Below, piece by piece: positions 8,804 through 18,368 of a stretch of DNA of 64,000 bases. The position numbers and the translations under genes were made by a program. Within the stretch, counting starts at the first letter, position 1. Each line of letters starts with the position of its first letter. The notes beneath the pieces are model-generated. The model ran no database searches and was not told the origin of the DNA. It saw nothing but the letters and a program-made list of their open reading frames with translations. The DNA comes from Alphaproteobacteria bacterium (GTDB lineage: Bacteria; Pseudomonadota; Alphaproteobacteria; Rs-D84): contig SUUM01000003.1 of the NCBI GenBank assembly GCA_015062525.1, positions 24,012 through 88,011 on the forward strand, read 5' to 3'.

Positions 8804-10795
8804 ATGAAGCGTGCAGAATTTTATCTTGAAAGTGCTTACAAGCCCATGGGCGACCAACCAACCGCGATTGCTGAATTGGTTGATGGTGTAAATGCCGGCA
8901 AACAATCCCAAGTGTTGCTGGGGGTGACGGGGTCGGGCAAAACGTTCACAATGGCAAATGTTATTGCGGAACTGGGGCGGCCCGCACTGATTATGGCACC
9001 TAATAAAATTCTGGCGGCGCAATTATACACGGAAATGAAGTCGTTCTTTCCGCGAAATCATGTTGAATATTTTGTGTCGTACTATGATTATTATCAGCCC
9101 GAGGCTTATATGCCAACAACCGATACTTATATCGACAAGGACGCATCAATTAACGAACAACTGGACCGCATGCGCCACAGTGCAACGCGCGCCATGCTAG
9201 AAGAACGTGATGTTGTCGTGGTATCATCTGTGTCGTCAATCTATGGTATGGGGTCGCCCGAACAATATGCCGGTATGCGTGTTGTATTAAGGGCGGGCGA
9301 TATTATGTCTATGCGTGATGTTATGCGTTCTTTGGTTGATATTCAATACAAACGCAACGACACAAATTTTGAACGTGGTACATTTCGCGCGCGTGGGGAT
9401 ACGTTGGATTTATTTCCGTCGCATGCAATGGACCGTGGGTGGAAATTATCGTTCTGGGGGGATGAAATCGAAGAGATTTGGGAATTCGATACCCTGACCG
9501 GGGCAAAATTACAAAAACTGGAACGGATTGCTGTTTATCCGAATACACACTATGCAACGCCAATGCCCAGTGTTTTACAGGCTATTTCCCAAATACGCAC
9601 AGACCTAAGGGAACGGTTGGAATACTTTCACGAAAATATGAAATATATCGAAGAACAGCGTCTGCGGGAACGTGTGAACTTTGACATAGAAATGATGGAA
9701 AGTACCGGCACATGTCGCGGGGTGGAAAATTATTCGCGATATTTATCGGGACGGTTGCCCGGACAGCCACCACCGACTTTGTTCGAGTATTTGCCAAAAG
9801 ATGCAGTATTGTTTATTGACGAAAGTCATGTGACGGTTCCACAAATTGGTGCTATGTCGCGGGGCGACCGTGCGCGCAAGGAAACATTGTCCCAGTATGG
9901 GTTCAGATTACCAGCATGCATTGATAACCGACCATTGACTTTTGATGAGTGGGACAATTTGCGACCACAAACAATCTTTGTTTCCGCCACACCCGCAGAA
10001 TGGGAATTGGCACAAGCGCATGGTGTTGTGTCTGAACAGGTTATAAGACCCACGGGATTATTAGACCCGGTGTGTGAAGTGCGCCCCACAGAACATCAGG
10101 TGGATGATTTGTTGGGACAAGTCAAGCAGACATCCGGGCGTGTATTGGTGACGACATTAACAAAAAAAATGGCGGAACAGTTGACCGATTACCTGAATGA
10201 AAATAACGTTCGGGCGCGATATCTGCACAGCGATATTGAAACACTGGAACGCATTGAATTATTGCGCGAATTGCGTATGGGGAAATTTGATGTTCTGGTT
10301 GGTATTAATTTGCTGCGTGAAGGTTTGGATGTGCCAGAATGTGAATTAGTGGCGATTATGGATGCAGATAAAGAAGGATTCTTGCGTTCAACGCGTTCAC
10401 TTATTCAGACAATTGGGCGTGCGGCACGTAATGCAAATGGGCGCGTTATTTTGTATGCTGATAAAATCACAGATTCTATGCGGGCGGCATTGGATGAAAC
10501 GGCGCGCAGACGTGAAAAACAAATGGCATATAATACGGAACACGGCATTACACCAACGACTGTGTCCAAGGCAATATTTGCCGAGGTTGGCGAAAAACAG
10601 GCAAAGACCGACAAGGGTCGCAGATTTGTGTACGATAAATCGGGTGGTGTGATGGATGCAGAATCGTTGCGCAAAGAGATTGTAAAACTGACTAAAAAAA
10701 TGCATAATGCCGCCCAGGACCTTGAATTTGAATTGGCCGCCGAAATACGCGACCAGATTCATAAATTAGAAGATGATTTGTTATTGGTGGAATAA
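8804..10795 (+). CDS. uvrB: Excinuclease ABC subunit B
   Basis: Walker A GVTGSGKTF, helicase motifs, and a C-terminal UVR domain (…EIRDQIHKLEDDLL). The ORF-track start at 8792 is a GTG. The ATG at 8804 (MKRAEFYLESAYKPMGDQP) matches canonical UvrB N-termini. Confidence 0.95.
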   Translation: MKRAEFYLESAYKPMGDQPTAIAELVDGVNAGKQSQVLLGVTGSGKTFTMANVIAELGRPALIMAPNKILAAQLYTEMKSFFPRNHVEYFVSYYDYYQPEAYMPTTDTYIDKDASINEQLDRMRHSATRAMLEERDVVVVSSVSSIYGMGSPEQYAGMRVVLRAGDIMSMRDVMRSLVDIQYKRNDTNFERGTFRARGDTLDLFPSHAMDRGWKLSFWGDEIEEIWEFDTLTGAKLQKLERIAVYPNTHYATPMPSVLQAISQIRTDLRERLEYFHENMKYIEEQRLRERVNFDIEMMESTGTCRGVENYSRYLSGRLPGQPPPTLFEYLPKDAVLFIDESHVTVPQIGAMSRGDRARKETLSQYGFRLPACIDNRPLTFDEWDNLRPQTIFVSATPAEWELAQAHGVVSEQVIRPTGLLDPVCEVRPTEHQVDDLLGQVKQTSGRVLVTTLTKKMAEQLTDYLNENNVRARYLHSDIETLERIELLRELRMGKFDVLVGINLLREGLDVPECELVAIMDADKEGFLRSTRSLIQTIGRAARNANGRVILYADKITDSMRAALDETARRREKQMAYNTEHGITPTTVSKAIFAEVGEKQAKTDKGRRFVYDKSGGVMDAESLRKEIVKLTKKMHNAAQDLEFELAAEIRDQIHKLEDDLLLVE

Positions 10796-10798
10796 AAT

Positions 10799-11197
10799 AT
10801 GAAAGAATATATATTGGAAAATGTTGAACAGATGCGGGCGTGGGCACGGGATTTTGCAAAAAAACTGACCGCGCCATGTGTGGTTGCGTTGCATGGTGAT
10901 TTAGGTATGGGAAAATCAGAGATTGCACGCACAGTAATTCAAACTTTGCGCGGGGCGGACACCGTTGTCCCCAGCCCGACATTTACCATTGTCCAATCGT
11001 ATGATGGGATTTCTCATTTTGATTTATATCGTATAGAAGACGCGTCCGAATTAACAGAAATTGGTTTAGCACACGCCATGGAAAACGATATTACTTTAAT
11101 TGAATGGCCGGAAATTGCACGGGAATTGTTGCCAGAAAACACAATTCATGTGCATATTATTCAACATGCAGACGGACGCAAAATAACAATTAAATAA
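10799..11197 (+). CDS. tsaE: tRNA threonylcarbamoyladenosine biosynthesis protein TsaE (YjeE ATPase)
   Basis: 132 aa. P-loop region VALHGDLGMGKSEIAR plus SPTFTIV. Begins 4 nt after the uvrB stop. Confidence 0.8.
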   Translation: MKEYILENVEQMRAWARDFAKKLTAPCVVALHGDLGMGKSEIARTVIQTLRGADTVVPSPTFTIVQSYDGISHFDLYRIEDASELTEIGLAHAMENDITLIEWPEIARELLPENTIHVHIIQHADGRKITIK

Positions 11198-11221
11198 TTT
11201 GACACATTAAATTAATTTTTA

Positions 11222-11541
11222 GCGTTATTAGCAACGAATGGCTGGTTTGCATCACAAGGATACCCAACTCACTTGTACCATTATTCAAACCTGGCACCCC
11301 CAACGGGAATCCGCGTGTATAAAAACCCCATGAGTTGCGTTATTAGCAACGAATGGCTGGTTTGCATCACAAGGATACCCAACTCACTTGCACCATTATC
11401 CAAACATGGCACCCCCAACGGGAATCCGCGTGTATAAAAACCCCATGAGTTGCGTTATTAGCAACGAATGGCTGGTTTGCATCACAAGGATACCCAACTC
11501 ACTTGTGCCATTATCCAAACTTGGCACCCCCAACGGGAATC
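11222..11541. repeat. Tandem direct repeat, 115-bp unit x about 2.8 copies. Each unit carries a truncated copy of the tRNA-Glu 3' end (tggcacccccaacgggaatc). The last copy merges into the tRNA-Glu gene.
   Basis: Unit starts at 11222, 11337 and 11452 (period 115), near-identical. The shared 20-mer equals the tRNA acceptor/T-stem 3' strand. Confidence 0.9.
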
Positions 11542-11596
11542 GAACCCGTGTTGCCAGAATGAGAATCTGATGTCCTAACCGCTAGACGATGGGGGC
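11522..11596 (-). tRNA. tRNA-Glu (anticodon CUC)
   Basis: Manual fold gives a 75-nt cloverleaf: GCCCCCA acceptor stem, TCGTCTAGCGGTTAGGAC D-arm characteristic of tRNA-Glu, anticodon loop TTCTCAT, TTCGATT T-loop, and encoded CCA. Confidence 0.8.
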
Positions 11597-11670
11597 AAAT
11601 TCAACCTATGCCACTTATTTTATACTTAAAGTCCGCATTTTTCAAATGAAACTTTTCCAGATGCCAATTT

Positions 11671-12411
11671 TTATTTTTTTGTTTTTTTGCACCCCTGCAA
11701 ATACAGTCTTCCATATTCTGCCATAACATCAACACCCATATATCGATAATCACGCTTTTCCCATGTGCGCGTTGCAACACGTATTGCCGGCAGAAAACTT
11801 TGAAATTTAGTATCTTCCCAATCAATAAAATATGTAATATTACAATTTTCATCCAACATAAAATTCTGCCATATATCGCCCTGGAACCATCCATACAAAT
11901 AACCCGGCTTATCATTTGGATTATCTTTTAAATCGCGTATTTCTTTTGGATCCGCCATACCAACAACATATAACATATTTGCAATTTGCCGTGCGATATG
12001 ACCACGATTTGACGCAACAACCGATGGTGCCACATCGCTTAACAAAGTACCATGTGCGAACTGGTACTTTCGCACGACAATATCCTTGTAATGAATTATT
12101 TTCATTGCCGGAATTTTAATTGGCGAAATTGGCGCCAACGCCTCTAAAATACGTTGTTCACGATACGCAATTTCACGTCCATCTGTGAACAGCGGAAATT
12201 TGAACACCCATTTATCATCCAACACGACGACAAAGTTCCGACATCCACGCCCCACCCGTGTTTTGATTTTTGCCCCTTTTTTCCCGGCATATTTACGAAC
12301 GTATTTGATATAAGACAACGTCTGCGGGTACCGAATCATAACGCGCACCTTGTCCCGCAGTGTTTTTATAGGAATAAACAAACAAACAACATTCGACAGG
12401 AAATGATGCAT
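11671..12411 (-). CDS. Protein-kinase-like fold enzyme, probable LPS-core/Kdo kinase family (WaaP/KdkA-like)
   Basis: 246 aa. Catalytic-loop-like GDIWQNFMLDE and DFG-like IDWED motifs. 4 nt downstream of a GT8 glycosyltransferase gene, so likely one operon. Confidence 0.4.
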   Translation of the reverse strand: MHHFLSNVVCLFIPIKTLRDKVRVMIRYPQTLSYIKYVRKYAGKKGAKIKTRVGRGCRNFVVVLDDKWVFKFPLFTDGREIAYREQRILEALAPISPIKIPAMKIIHYKDIVVRKYQFAHGTLLSDVAPSVVASNRGHIARQIANMLYVVGMADPKEIRDLKDNPNDKPGYLYGWFQGDIWQNFMLDENCNITYFIDWEDTKFQSFLPAIRVATRTWEKRDYRYMGVDVMAEYGRLYLQGCKKTKK

Positions 12412-12415
12412 TATC

Positions 12416-13399
12416 TTACTCCTGAAACAAACCTGTTTTGCGTGCTACATCCCACCAATACTCAGAAAACACCGGTCTAATACCATTAGACCACGGTTTG
12501 ATATAATCCGAATAATGCAACACCACCAAATTATGTTTCAAATCATCTAACTGGGATTCTGAATAAATCTTGAAGATTCGTGATCCATGCGACAATTGAA
12601 AATTATATCGCAACGGCAGAAATGCAATCCGTCCCTTTAACGTATAATTCAGCACATCCTGATCAGGATTATAATAATCATGATCTTTTGAATCCTGAAC
12701 CCACACATCATAGATATTTTCCTGGCGAATTTTCTTCAAATCCATTAACAAGAACCCAGAATTAATATACATATTCGTACGCGTAGGCACAGCCGCAATT
12801 ACATTATCACCCAAATCATATTCATATATATCAATCAAGTCATTAAAGAATATGATATCCAAATCAGCATAAATAATTCTGTCTACATTTGGCACCAATT
12901 TTGGCAACATTAACCGATACCACATTGCAACGGGCCATTTACCACGACTTGATTCATCAAAATCATGATTTCCATAAACAAAATGAATATCAGATTCCGT
13001 CCCATCAAGTACCCCACGAACAACATCCTGCAATTTATCATCAACATCATCATTAATCACACAATAAATATCATAATCGCAACGCCCTGCGGACGCCAAC
13101 AACAAAGACTTAATTGTAACGGCCGCCATTTTACACCCACGTGCATCAAAACAAAACGCCACAGGTATCTTGGTTGCATATTTCTGGCGTGGGATTCTTG
13201 TTTCAGACACAGTGGAAATTAATCCCTTGTATCTAATTTTATCACGATTTAATCTGCGTTTCGCGCGTGTTTTACCAAACAAGCCTGCGACAACTGAACT
13301 AACTCTTTTAACAAAACCATATTTATACATATACAATCCTTTTCTATACACCCGTATCATAGGACATTTTTCTTGTACAAGCAAATAAAATAAAAGCAC
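12416..13399 (-). CDS. Glycosyltransferase family 8 (LPS alpha-1,3-galactosyl/glucosyltransferase, RfaJ/LgtC-like)
   Basis: 327 aa. DxD region IYADLDIIFFNDL and a GT8-like nucleotide-binding N-terminus (…FCFDARGCKMAAVTIKSLL…). Confidence 0.7.
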   Translation of the reverse strand: MLLFYLLVQEKCPMIRVYRKGLYMYKYGFVKRVSSVVAGLFGKTRAKRRLNRDKIRYKGLISTVSETRIPRQKYATKIPVAFCFDARGCKMAAVTIKSLLLASAGRCDYDIYCVINDDVDDKLQDVVRGVLDGTESDIHFVYGNHDFDESSRGKWPVAMWYRLMLPKLVPNVDRIIYADLDIIFFNDLIDIYEYDLGDNVIAAVPTRTNMYINSGFLLMDLKKIRQENIYDVWVQDSKDHDYYNPDQDVLNYTLKGRIAFLPLRYNFQLSHGSRIFKIYSESQLDDLKHNLVVLHYSDYIKPWSNGIRPVFSEYWWDVARKTGLFQE

Positions 13400-13497
13400 A
13401 CACCACCGGCACTTATTTCAAGAATAGACACCTAGTTATTTTTAGTTTTTTTCATTGTATATCTTAAATACAGCAAACCAAACAAAAGGAAAAACAC

Positions 13498-16400
13498 ATG
13501 AAACATAATATCCTAATGGGTATATCTGTACTACCTGCCCTGTTGGTTATGCCGGCATTTGCCGACACAATCACCGCACGCCAGGTTATAACCACAAACA
13601 CAACATACAACAATCTAACCGCATCCAATATTGCATCCACCACGGCAAATAACGGCGGTGTATTTTATATGGAAAACGTGCCTACAACAACATTAACCTT
13701 TGATGGCACCAGTACCTTTTCAAACAACAGTTTGAATAACGGCGGTATGGGTGGCGCAATTGGAAACGGTTGGTTATCATCCACATCTGGCACCGGCTTT
13801 ACCCCCGGCGGTAAAATCTTATTTAATGGTGATGCCACATTTTCATCTAACACGACCAACAATCCAAACGGTGGTGGCGCAATATTTAATTATGGCAATG
13901 GCACATCCAGCAACCCGGATATAAAATTTAGCGACAATGCAACATTTATAAAAAATGCCGCCAACGGCACATCAAACAACAGTGTATTTTCTGGTGGTGG
14001 CGCAATAAACAACCGTGGTGGCACAATTATTTTTGATGACGAAGCAACATTTTCGGACAACACGTCATCTTATCGTGGTGGCGCGATTTTATCAGGTGGC
14101 GACATAATATTCAATGACACAGCAACATTTTCTGGCAACACAGCCACGACCAGCGGTGGCGCAATTACAATTCTGGGTGGCAATGTACAATTTGCAGACG
14201 ATGCCACATTTACCGGGAACACGGCTGGTGCCGGCGCAGCAATATTTTTAGACAATGCGAACACTCAACTGACCTTTGCGGATACAGCCACATTTTCATC
14301 CAACACCGGCACAGGTATTTTATTAAACAACAATGCATCTAGCACGGTATCTTTTGCCAATGGTGCAACATTTGACCGCAACACCAATCCATCGAACGGA
14401 GCATTGGTCAACACCGGCACAGTAAATGGGACCGGTGGCGACTTTATATTTACCAACAACACAGGCAGTAATGGTGGCGGTCTAAAAAACGCAGGCACCG
14501 TATCAATTGATACATCTGGGCGCATTTTATTTGACACCAACACCACCACCAGCACGGCTGGCGCGCTGGACAATGGTGGCGCGATAACTATGAAATCGGG
14601 CAACATTTCATTTACTAATAACAAATCGAATGCGGGCTATAGCGGGGCAATATTCAACGCGGGCGACCTTAGCCTTTTAGGTGCAACAAACACTTTCTCT
14701 GGCAACATCGCATCCGACACAGGTGCCACAAGCAGTGGTGGTGGCGCAATCCACAATCGTGGCAATTCTGGCACATCAACATTAATCATCGGCACACAAT
14801 CCAGCACAAACACATTTACATCTAACACATCCAGCGCACATGGCGGCGCAATTTTGTCACGTGCATTTAACGGGGCATCCCATGATTCAATTATCACTGT
14901 AAACGGCACAAGCGCATTTCGCAACAACAATGCAGCTTTCAATGGTGGTGCAATCTTGAATGTCACATCAAACGATGGTGGGGTCTCGGAAATAACATTC
15001 AACGGCAACACCTCATTTACAAACAATACTGCTGGCGGTATGGGTGGCGCAATCTATAACAATGACACCATCACCTTTAACGGCAACGCTAATTTTTCTG
15101 GCAACACGGCCGGTGGCACCGCAAATGACATCTATAACGATGGCACAGTGAACATGAACGGCAACACAACAATTGCGGGTGGCATAACAGGCAACGGCAC
15201 ATTAAATGTCGCAAGTGGTAAAACATTGAATATCGGCACAGCCACCCTGACCCAGGGCGCAGTCAACCTGGACGGCACTTTGCTTGCAACACTTCGCACC
15301 GGCAACACCGCCCAAATTAACGTCGCCAACGCGGGCGGCTTTACAGGCACCGGCAACATCAAATTATCCTTTGATTCTGCGGGCACCTATCGTGTATTCG
15401 GCAACGAAACATTTGATAACACAGACATCACCAGTTCGGTCTATGACCTGACCTGGAATGGCGGGGACGTTGTTGCAACGATTAAGTCCGTTGCAGACAT
15501 TGCATCTGAAAACAACCTGTCCAATGATGCGGCACGCACGGTTTCAAACGTATCACAATCATCTTCCAGTCGTTTGAACGACCTGTCTGTTTTAATGCAG
15601 GAAAACCTGTCCACCGGGACCCAGGCTGGACGCGACGCAGTTGAACACGCCGCCCGCGCAATCAATCCAGAAATCGCCCCAATCAACCACTCAATCAATG
15701 CATCATCTCAAAACACATTGTATCAATTGGCAACCGTGCGCTTGAATGAATTCGGCATGGGTCGCAATGGTGGCGACACAACGGTTGACCTTGGTGGCAT
15801 CTGGGCCCAGGGGCTGTATAACAAATCAAAACTGAACGACAGTTTTAACGGGTACACTCGTGGAATATCGGTTGGTTTTGATGGCACAGTGAACAACATC
15901 TTGACGTTGGGTATGGGTTATATGTACGGACATTCAGACATCGGCGCCATTGCCCGCAATACCGAAGTTGACTCACACTCAGTCTTTGCCTATGGTCAAT
16001 ATAAACCCAGCAATTGGTATATGAATGCGATTGTAAATTATACAATGTCCGATTATTCGGAACGCGGCGATGCGTTGGGCGTTTATGTATCAGGGGACTA
16101 TGACCTGAATGCATTTGGCGCGGCTGCAACCATTGGCTATGACTTTATTGGTGGCATAACACCAGAAATGTCGGTTCGGTATCTGCACATTGGTTCTGCG
16201 GAATACACAAATTCATTGGGCATCCGCAACAAAATTGATGGCACAGATTACATGACCGCATCCATTGGCACGCGGTATGGATTCGATATGCTGTTAAACA
16301 ACGGTTGGGTGCTGCGTCCACAAATGCACTATGCATTAAAATACGACCTGATATCAGACGACGGTCGCATCACGGTTGCGATGCCTGGCATCAGCGCGTA

Positions 16401-16560
16401 CAGCCTGGACGGCGAATCATTGTCGCGCATTGCGAACGAAATAGGCATTGGAATTGGCATGACGTACGGCGCATTGAACATGTCATTAAATTATGACATC
16501 GAAGCCCGTGCCGACTACACATCCCAAACCGGCCGTGTAAAATTCAGATATGAATTTTAA
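13498..16560 (+). CDS. Autotransporter (type Va) with a passenger domain built from Pmp-type GGAI/FxxN repeats and a C-terminal 12-strand beta-barrel
   Basis: 1020 aa. Signal peptide MKHNILMGISVLPALLVMPAFA. More than 20 repeats of the pattern (F[ST][GDN]N[TS]…GGAI). C-terminus ends …RVKFRYEF (terminal aromatic). Confidence 0.85.
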   Translation: MKHNILMGISVLPALLVMPAFADTITARQVITTNTTYNNLTASNIASTTANNGGVFYMENVPTTTLTFDGTSTFSNNSLNNGGMGGAIGNGWLSSTSGTGFTPGGKILFNGDATFSSNTTNNPNGGGAIFNYGNGTSSNPDIKFSDNATFIKNAANGTSNNSVFSGGGAINNRGGTIIFDDEATFSDNTSSYRGGAILSGGDIIFNDTATFSGNTATTSGGAITILGGNVQFADDATFTGNTAGAGAAIFLDNANTQLTFADTATFSSNTGTGILLNNNASSTVSFANGATFDRNTNPSNGALVNTGTVNGTGGDFIFTNNTGSNGGGLKNAGTVSIDTSGRILFDTNTTTSTAGALDNGGAITMKSGNISFTNNKSNAGYSGAIFNAGDLSLLGATNTFSGNIASDTGATSSGGGAIHNRGNSGTSTLIIGTQSSTNTFTSNTSSAHGGAILSRAFNGASHDSIITVNGTSAFRNNNAAFNGGAILNVTSNDGGVSEITFNGNTSFTNNTAGGMGGAIYNNDTITFNGNANFSGNTAGGTANDIYNDGTVNMNGNTTIAGGITGNGTLNVASGKTLNIGTATLTQGAVNLDGTLLATLRTGNTAQINVANAGGFTGTGNIKLSFDSAGTYRVFGNETFDNTDITSSVYDLTWNGGDVVATIKSVADIASENNLSNDAARTVSNVSQSSSSRLNDLSVLMQENLSTGTQAGRDAVEHAARAINPEIAPINHSINASSQNTLYQLATVRLNEFGMGRNGGDTTVDLGGIWAQGLYNKSKLNDSFNGYTRGISVGFDGTVNNILTLGMGYMYGHSDIGAIARNTEVDSHSVFAYGQYKPSNWYMNAIVNYTMSDYSERGDALGVYVSGDYDLNAFGAAATIGYDFIGGITPEMSVRYLHIGSAEYTNSLGIRNKIDGTDYMTASIGTRYGFDMLLNNGWVLRPQMHYALKYDLISDDGRITVAMPGISAYSLDGESLSRIANEIGIGIGMTYGALNMSLNYDIEARADYTSQTGRVKFRYEF

Positions 16561-16569
16561 TCTTTCTTG

Positions 16570-16601
16570 AAAACAACCGCCCAAATGGGCGGTTGTTTTT
16601 T
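16570..16601. terminator. Bidirectional hairpin terminator (aacaaccgcccaaatgggcggttgtt) between the autotransporter and the convergent small gene
   Basis: 11-bp stem flanked by an A-run and a T-run. Confidence 0.6.
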
Positions 16602-16610
16602 CAAAACACT

Positions 16611-16862
16611 TTAACGCTTCTTTTCAGCACACATTAAACCAATAACACCCGCACTCATCATCGCTATTGCGGTCAACGCCATATCCTTTATCTTTTTTTC
16701 ACTCATAACTTCCTTCTCATAACGAGCCCGTGTTTCCGCATCAGAATCCTTTAACTCATCACGAAAATCCGCATTTCCAGATGCCGCCAACGCCAGCATA
16801 AAACCAACACCAACAGACATAATAGATAAATTTCTTAACAAAGCCCTTTTCTTTTTATTCAT
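16611..16862 (-). CDS. Small secreted/membrane hypothetical protein (~83 aa from MNKKKRALL…)
   Basis: Signal-peptide-like N-terminus (LLRNLSIMSVGVGFMLALAASGNA) and a C-terminal hydrophobic segment. The longer ORF extends to 16925, but the internal ATG gives the signal peptide. Confidence 0.4.
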   Translation of the reverse strand: MNKKKRALLRNLSIMSVGVGFMLALAASGNADFRDELKDSDAETRARYEKEVMSEKKIKDMALTAIAMMSAGVIGLMCAEKKR

Positions 16863-17042
16863 ATGTAATCCATTTTGTTCAACATCATGCAATAAAATTT
16901 TTGCATAAAAAGTATCGTCAAGCAAAAGTTTTTCTCAAAAAACATTAATATCTTGCGCACAAAAAATATTTTTGTTACAATATCATCACATATAAATGAT
17001 TAAATTTACTACAAAACCTTAGAACTAACAAGGAGATTTTAA

Positions 17043-17492
17043 ATGGCAGAAAACACTAAGAAACCAACAATAAGCCCATCAGAATATCTTTTCATGCAAA
17101 AAGCAAAACGATTTCATGAAGGATTAAATTTTCTTTCTACATCAAATATTCTTTCCACAATGACCGAAGAACAAGTAACAAACATAACAAAACATACATT
17201 TAGTAACTTGTTGAACGACCTTAAAAGTATTCCAGACACCATAATTACCTTTGAACCGGTAACCGGCACAAACCATTTAAACATGTCAATAAAATCTAAA
17301 GGCTCTTCAGCAAAGCTATTAAGCATCGGCCCCAAAGGCGGAATAATTTTAGGCGATAAACTAATTATGGATTCCTATACCAACAGGGAAGATTTGGCTC
17401 TACACAAATCTCTCCATAACGAAGCAATGAAAATATACAATACAAATTTCACAATATATCAGGCAAAAAAACTTCATAATATAAACAGATAA
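17043..17492 (+). CDS. Hypothetical protein (149 aa), AT-rich island gene
   Basis: ORF with AGGAG RBS (caaggagattttaaATG). Own terminator at 17494-17522. No motif recognised. Confidence 0.5.
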   Translation: MAENTKKPTISPSEYLFMQKAKRFHEGLNFLSTSNILSTMTEEQVTNITKHTFSNLLNDLKSIPDTIITFEPVTGTNHLNMSIKSKGSSAKLLSIGPKGGIILGDKLIMDSYTNREDLALHKSLHNEAMKIYNTNFTIYQAKKLHNINR

Positions 17493-17633
17493 AAAATGCC
17501 CCCTACGGGCATTATTTATTTTGGTTGTGCTCGTCATGCAATTCGCGAACTGAATTGGTAGATATTGGGCAAGAAATAATAGATTTTAAACATATTTCTA
17601 TGATATAATTGCAAACATATAAAAGGAGAAGAC

Positions 17634-17993
17634 ATGAAAAAATTATTTTTTATTTTGCCAATCATCACATTGGGTGCATGTGCCCAGGATTACAGCAAAT
17701 ATGATTCCATTTTTGAAGGTTGCGAAAGAATAGAAACGACCGAATTTCATCTGGTTTATAAATGTCCTGCGGATCAAGAATGGGCACAACAAGTAAAACA
17801 ATTACAACCAAACGGCAAATTTAGAGCTGGTGGTCAATTGAATTTGGAAGAATTATATGCTGATACAGAACATGTTTATGCAGAAGTATCATTTAATGAT
17901 CCTGGTGTCTGCAAAGAAGATTTTACAATTCGTACAATGATTGCAAAACCAGTCGAGGGTGGAGACAATTGGGCATTTATCGGTTGCAGATAA
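17634..17993 (+). CDS. Hypothetical lipoprotein (119 aa)
   Basis: Signal peptide plus lipobox (MKKLFFILPIITLGACAQ). RBS AAGGAG. Terminator hairpin at 18017-18042. Confidence 0.55.
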   Translation: MKKLFFILPIITLGACAQDYSKYDSIFEGCERIETTEFHLVYKCPADQEWAQQVKQLQPNGKFRAGGQLNLEELYADTEHVYAEVSFNDPGVCKEDFTIRTMIAKPVEGGDNWAFIGCR

Positions 17994-18368
17994 ACATCAT
18001 TATAAACCGAGTACGAAAGTGGTGGTTTTTCACCACTTTTTTAATTTCAACTTTCGAACTCGGTGGAAATTTATTTTTTTACTCTCTGGAATGCGCACGA
18101 GACCTTGATAAACAATAACCAACCGCGGGGCAAAAACTCTATCAAAAATATCCGTTTTTGCGCGGCCGCGTTTGTTCATCTGCGTATTCGCCATGCGCTT
18201 CGCTCTGGCGTATCCGTGCGCAATCAAAAATTAAACCGGCATAAAAGCCGGTTGAATTTTTGGTTGTGGTGCGTGGGCGAAACGCGAATTTTGATTGTAT
18301 AAAGTCGGATTTTATGGTACGATAAAAAAGTATACAAATAACTAATTATTGGGTAAAAAAGGATAAAA

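Noticed and set aside
11222-11541. Possible CRISPR array (regular repeats near a tRNA)
   Set aside because: Units are 115 bp with no unique spacers between them (pure tandem duplication), and there are no cas genes. The same reasoning applies to the 143-bp period pair at 27305-27576.
13665-15386. Five antisense ORFs (65-129 aa, Pro/Val/Ala-rich) inside the autotransporter gene
   Set aside because: They are mirror images of the GGN/GCN-rich Pmp repeat codons on the opposite strand. No RBS, and low-complexity products.
18030-18302. ORFs 18030-18227 (-) and 18063-18302 (+)
   Set aside because: They overlap each other antisense in an intergenic stretch, have no RBS, and have a basic low-complexity composition.
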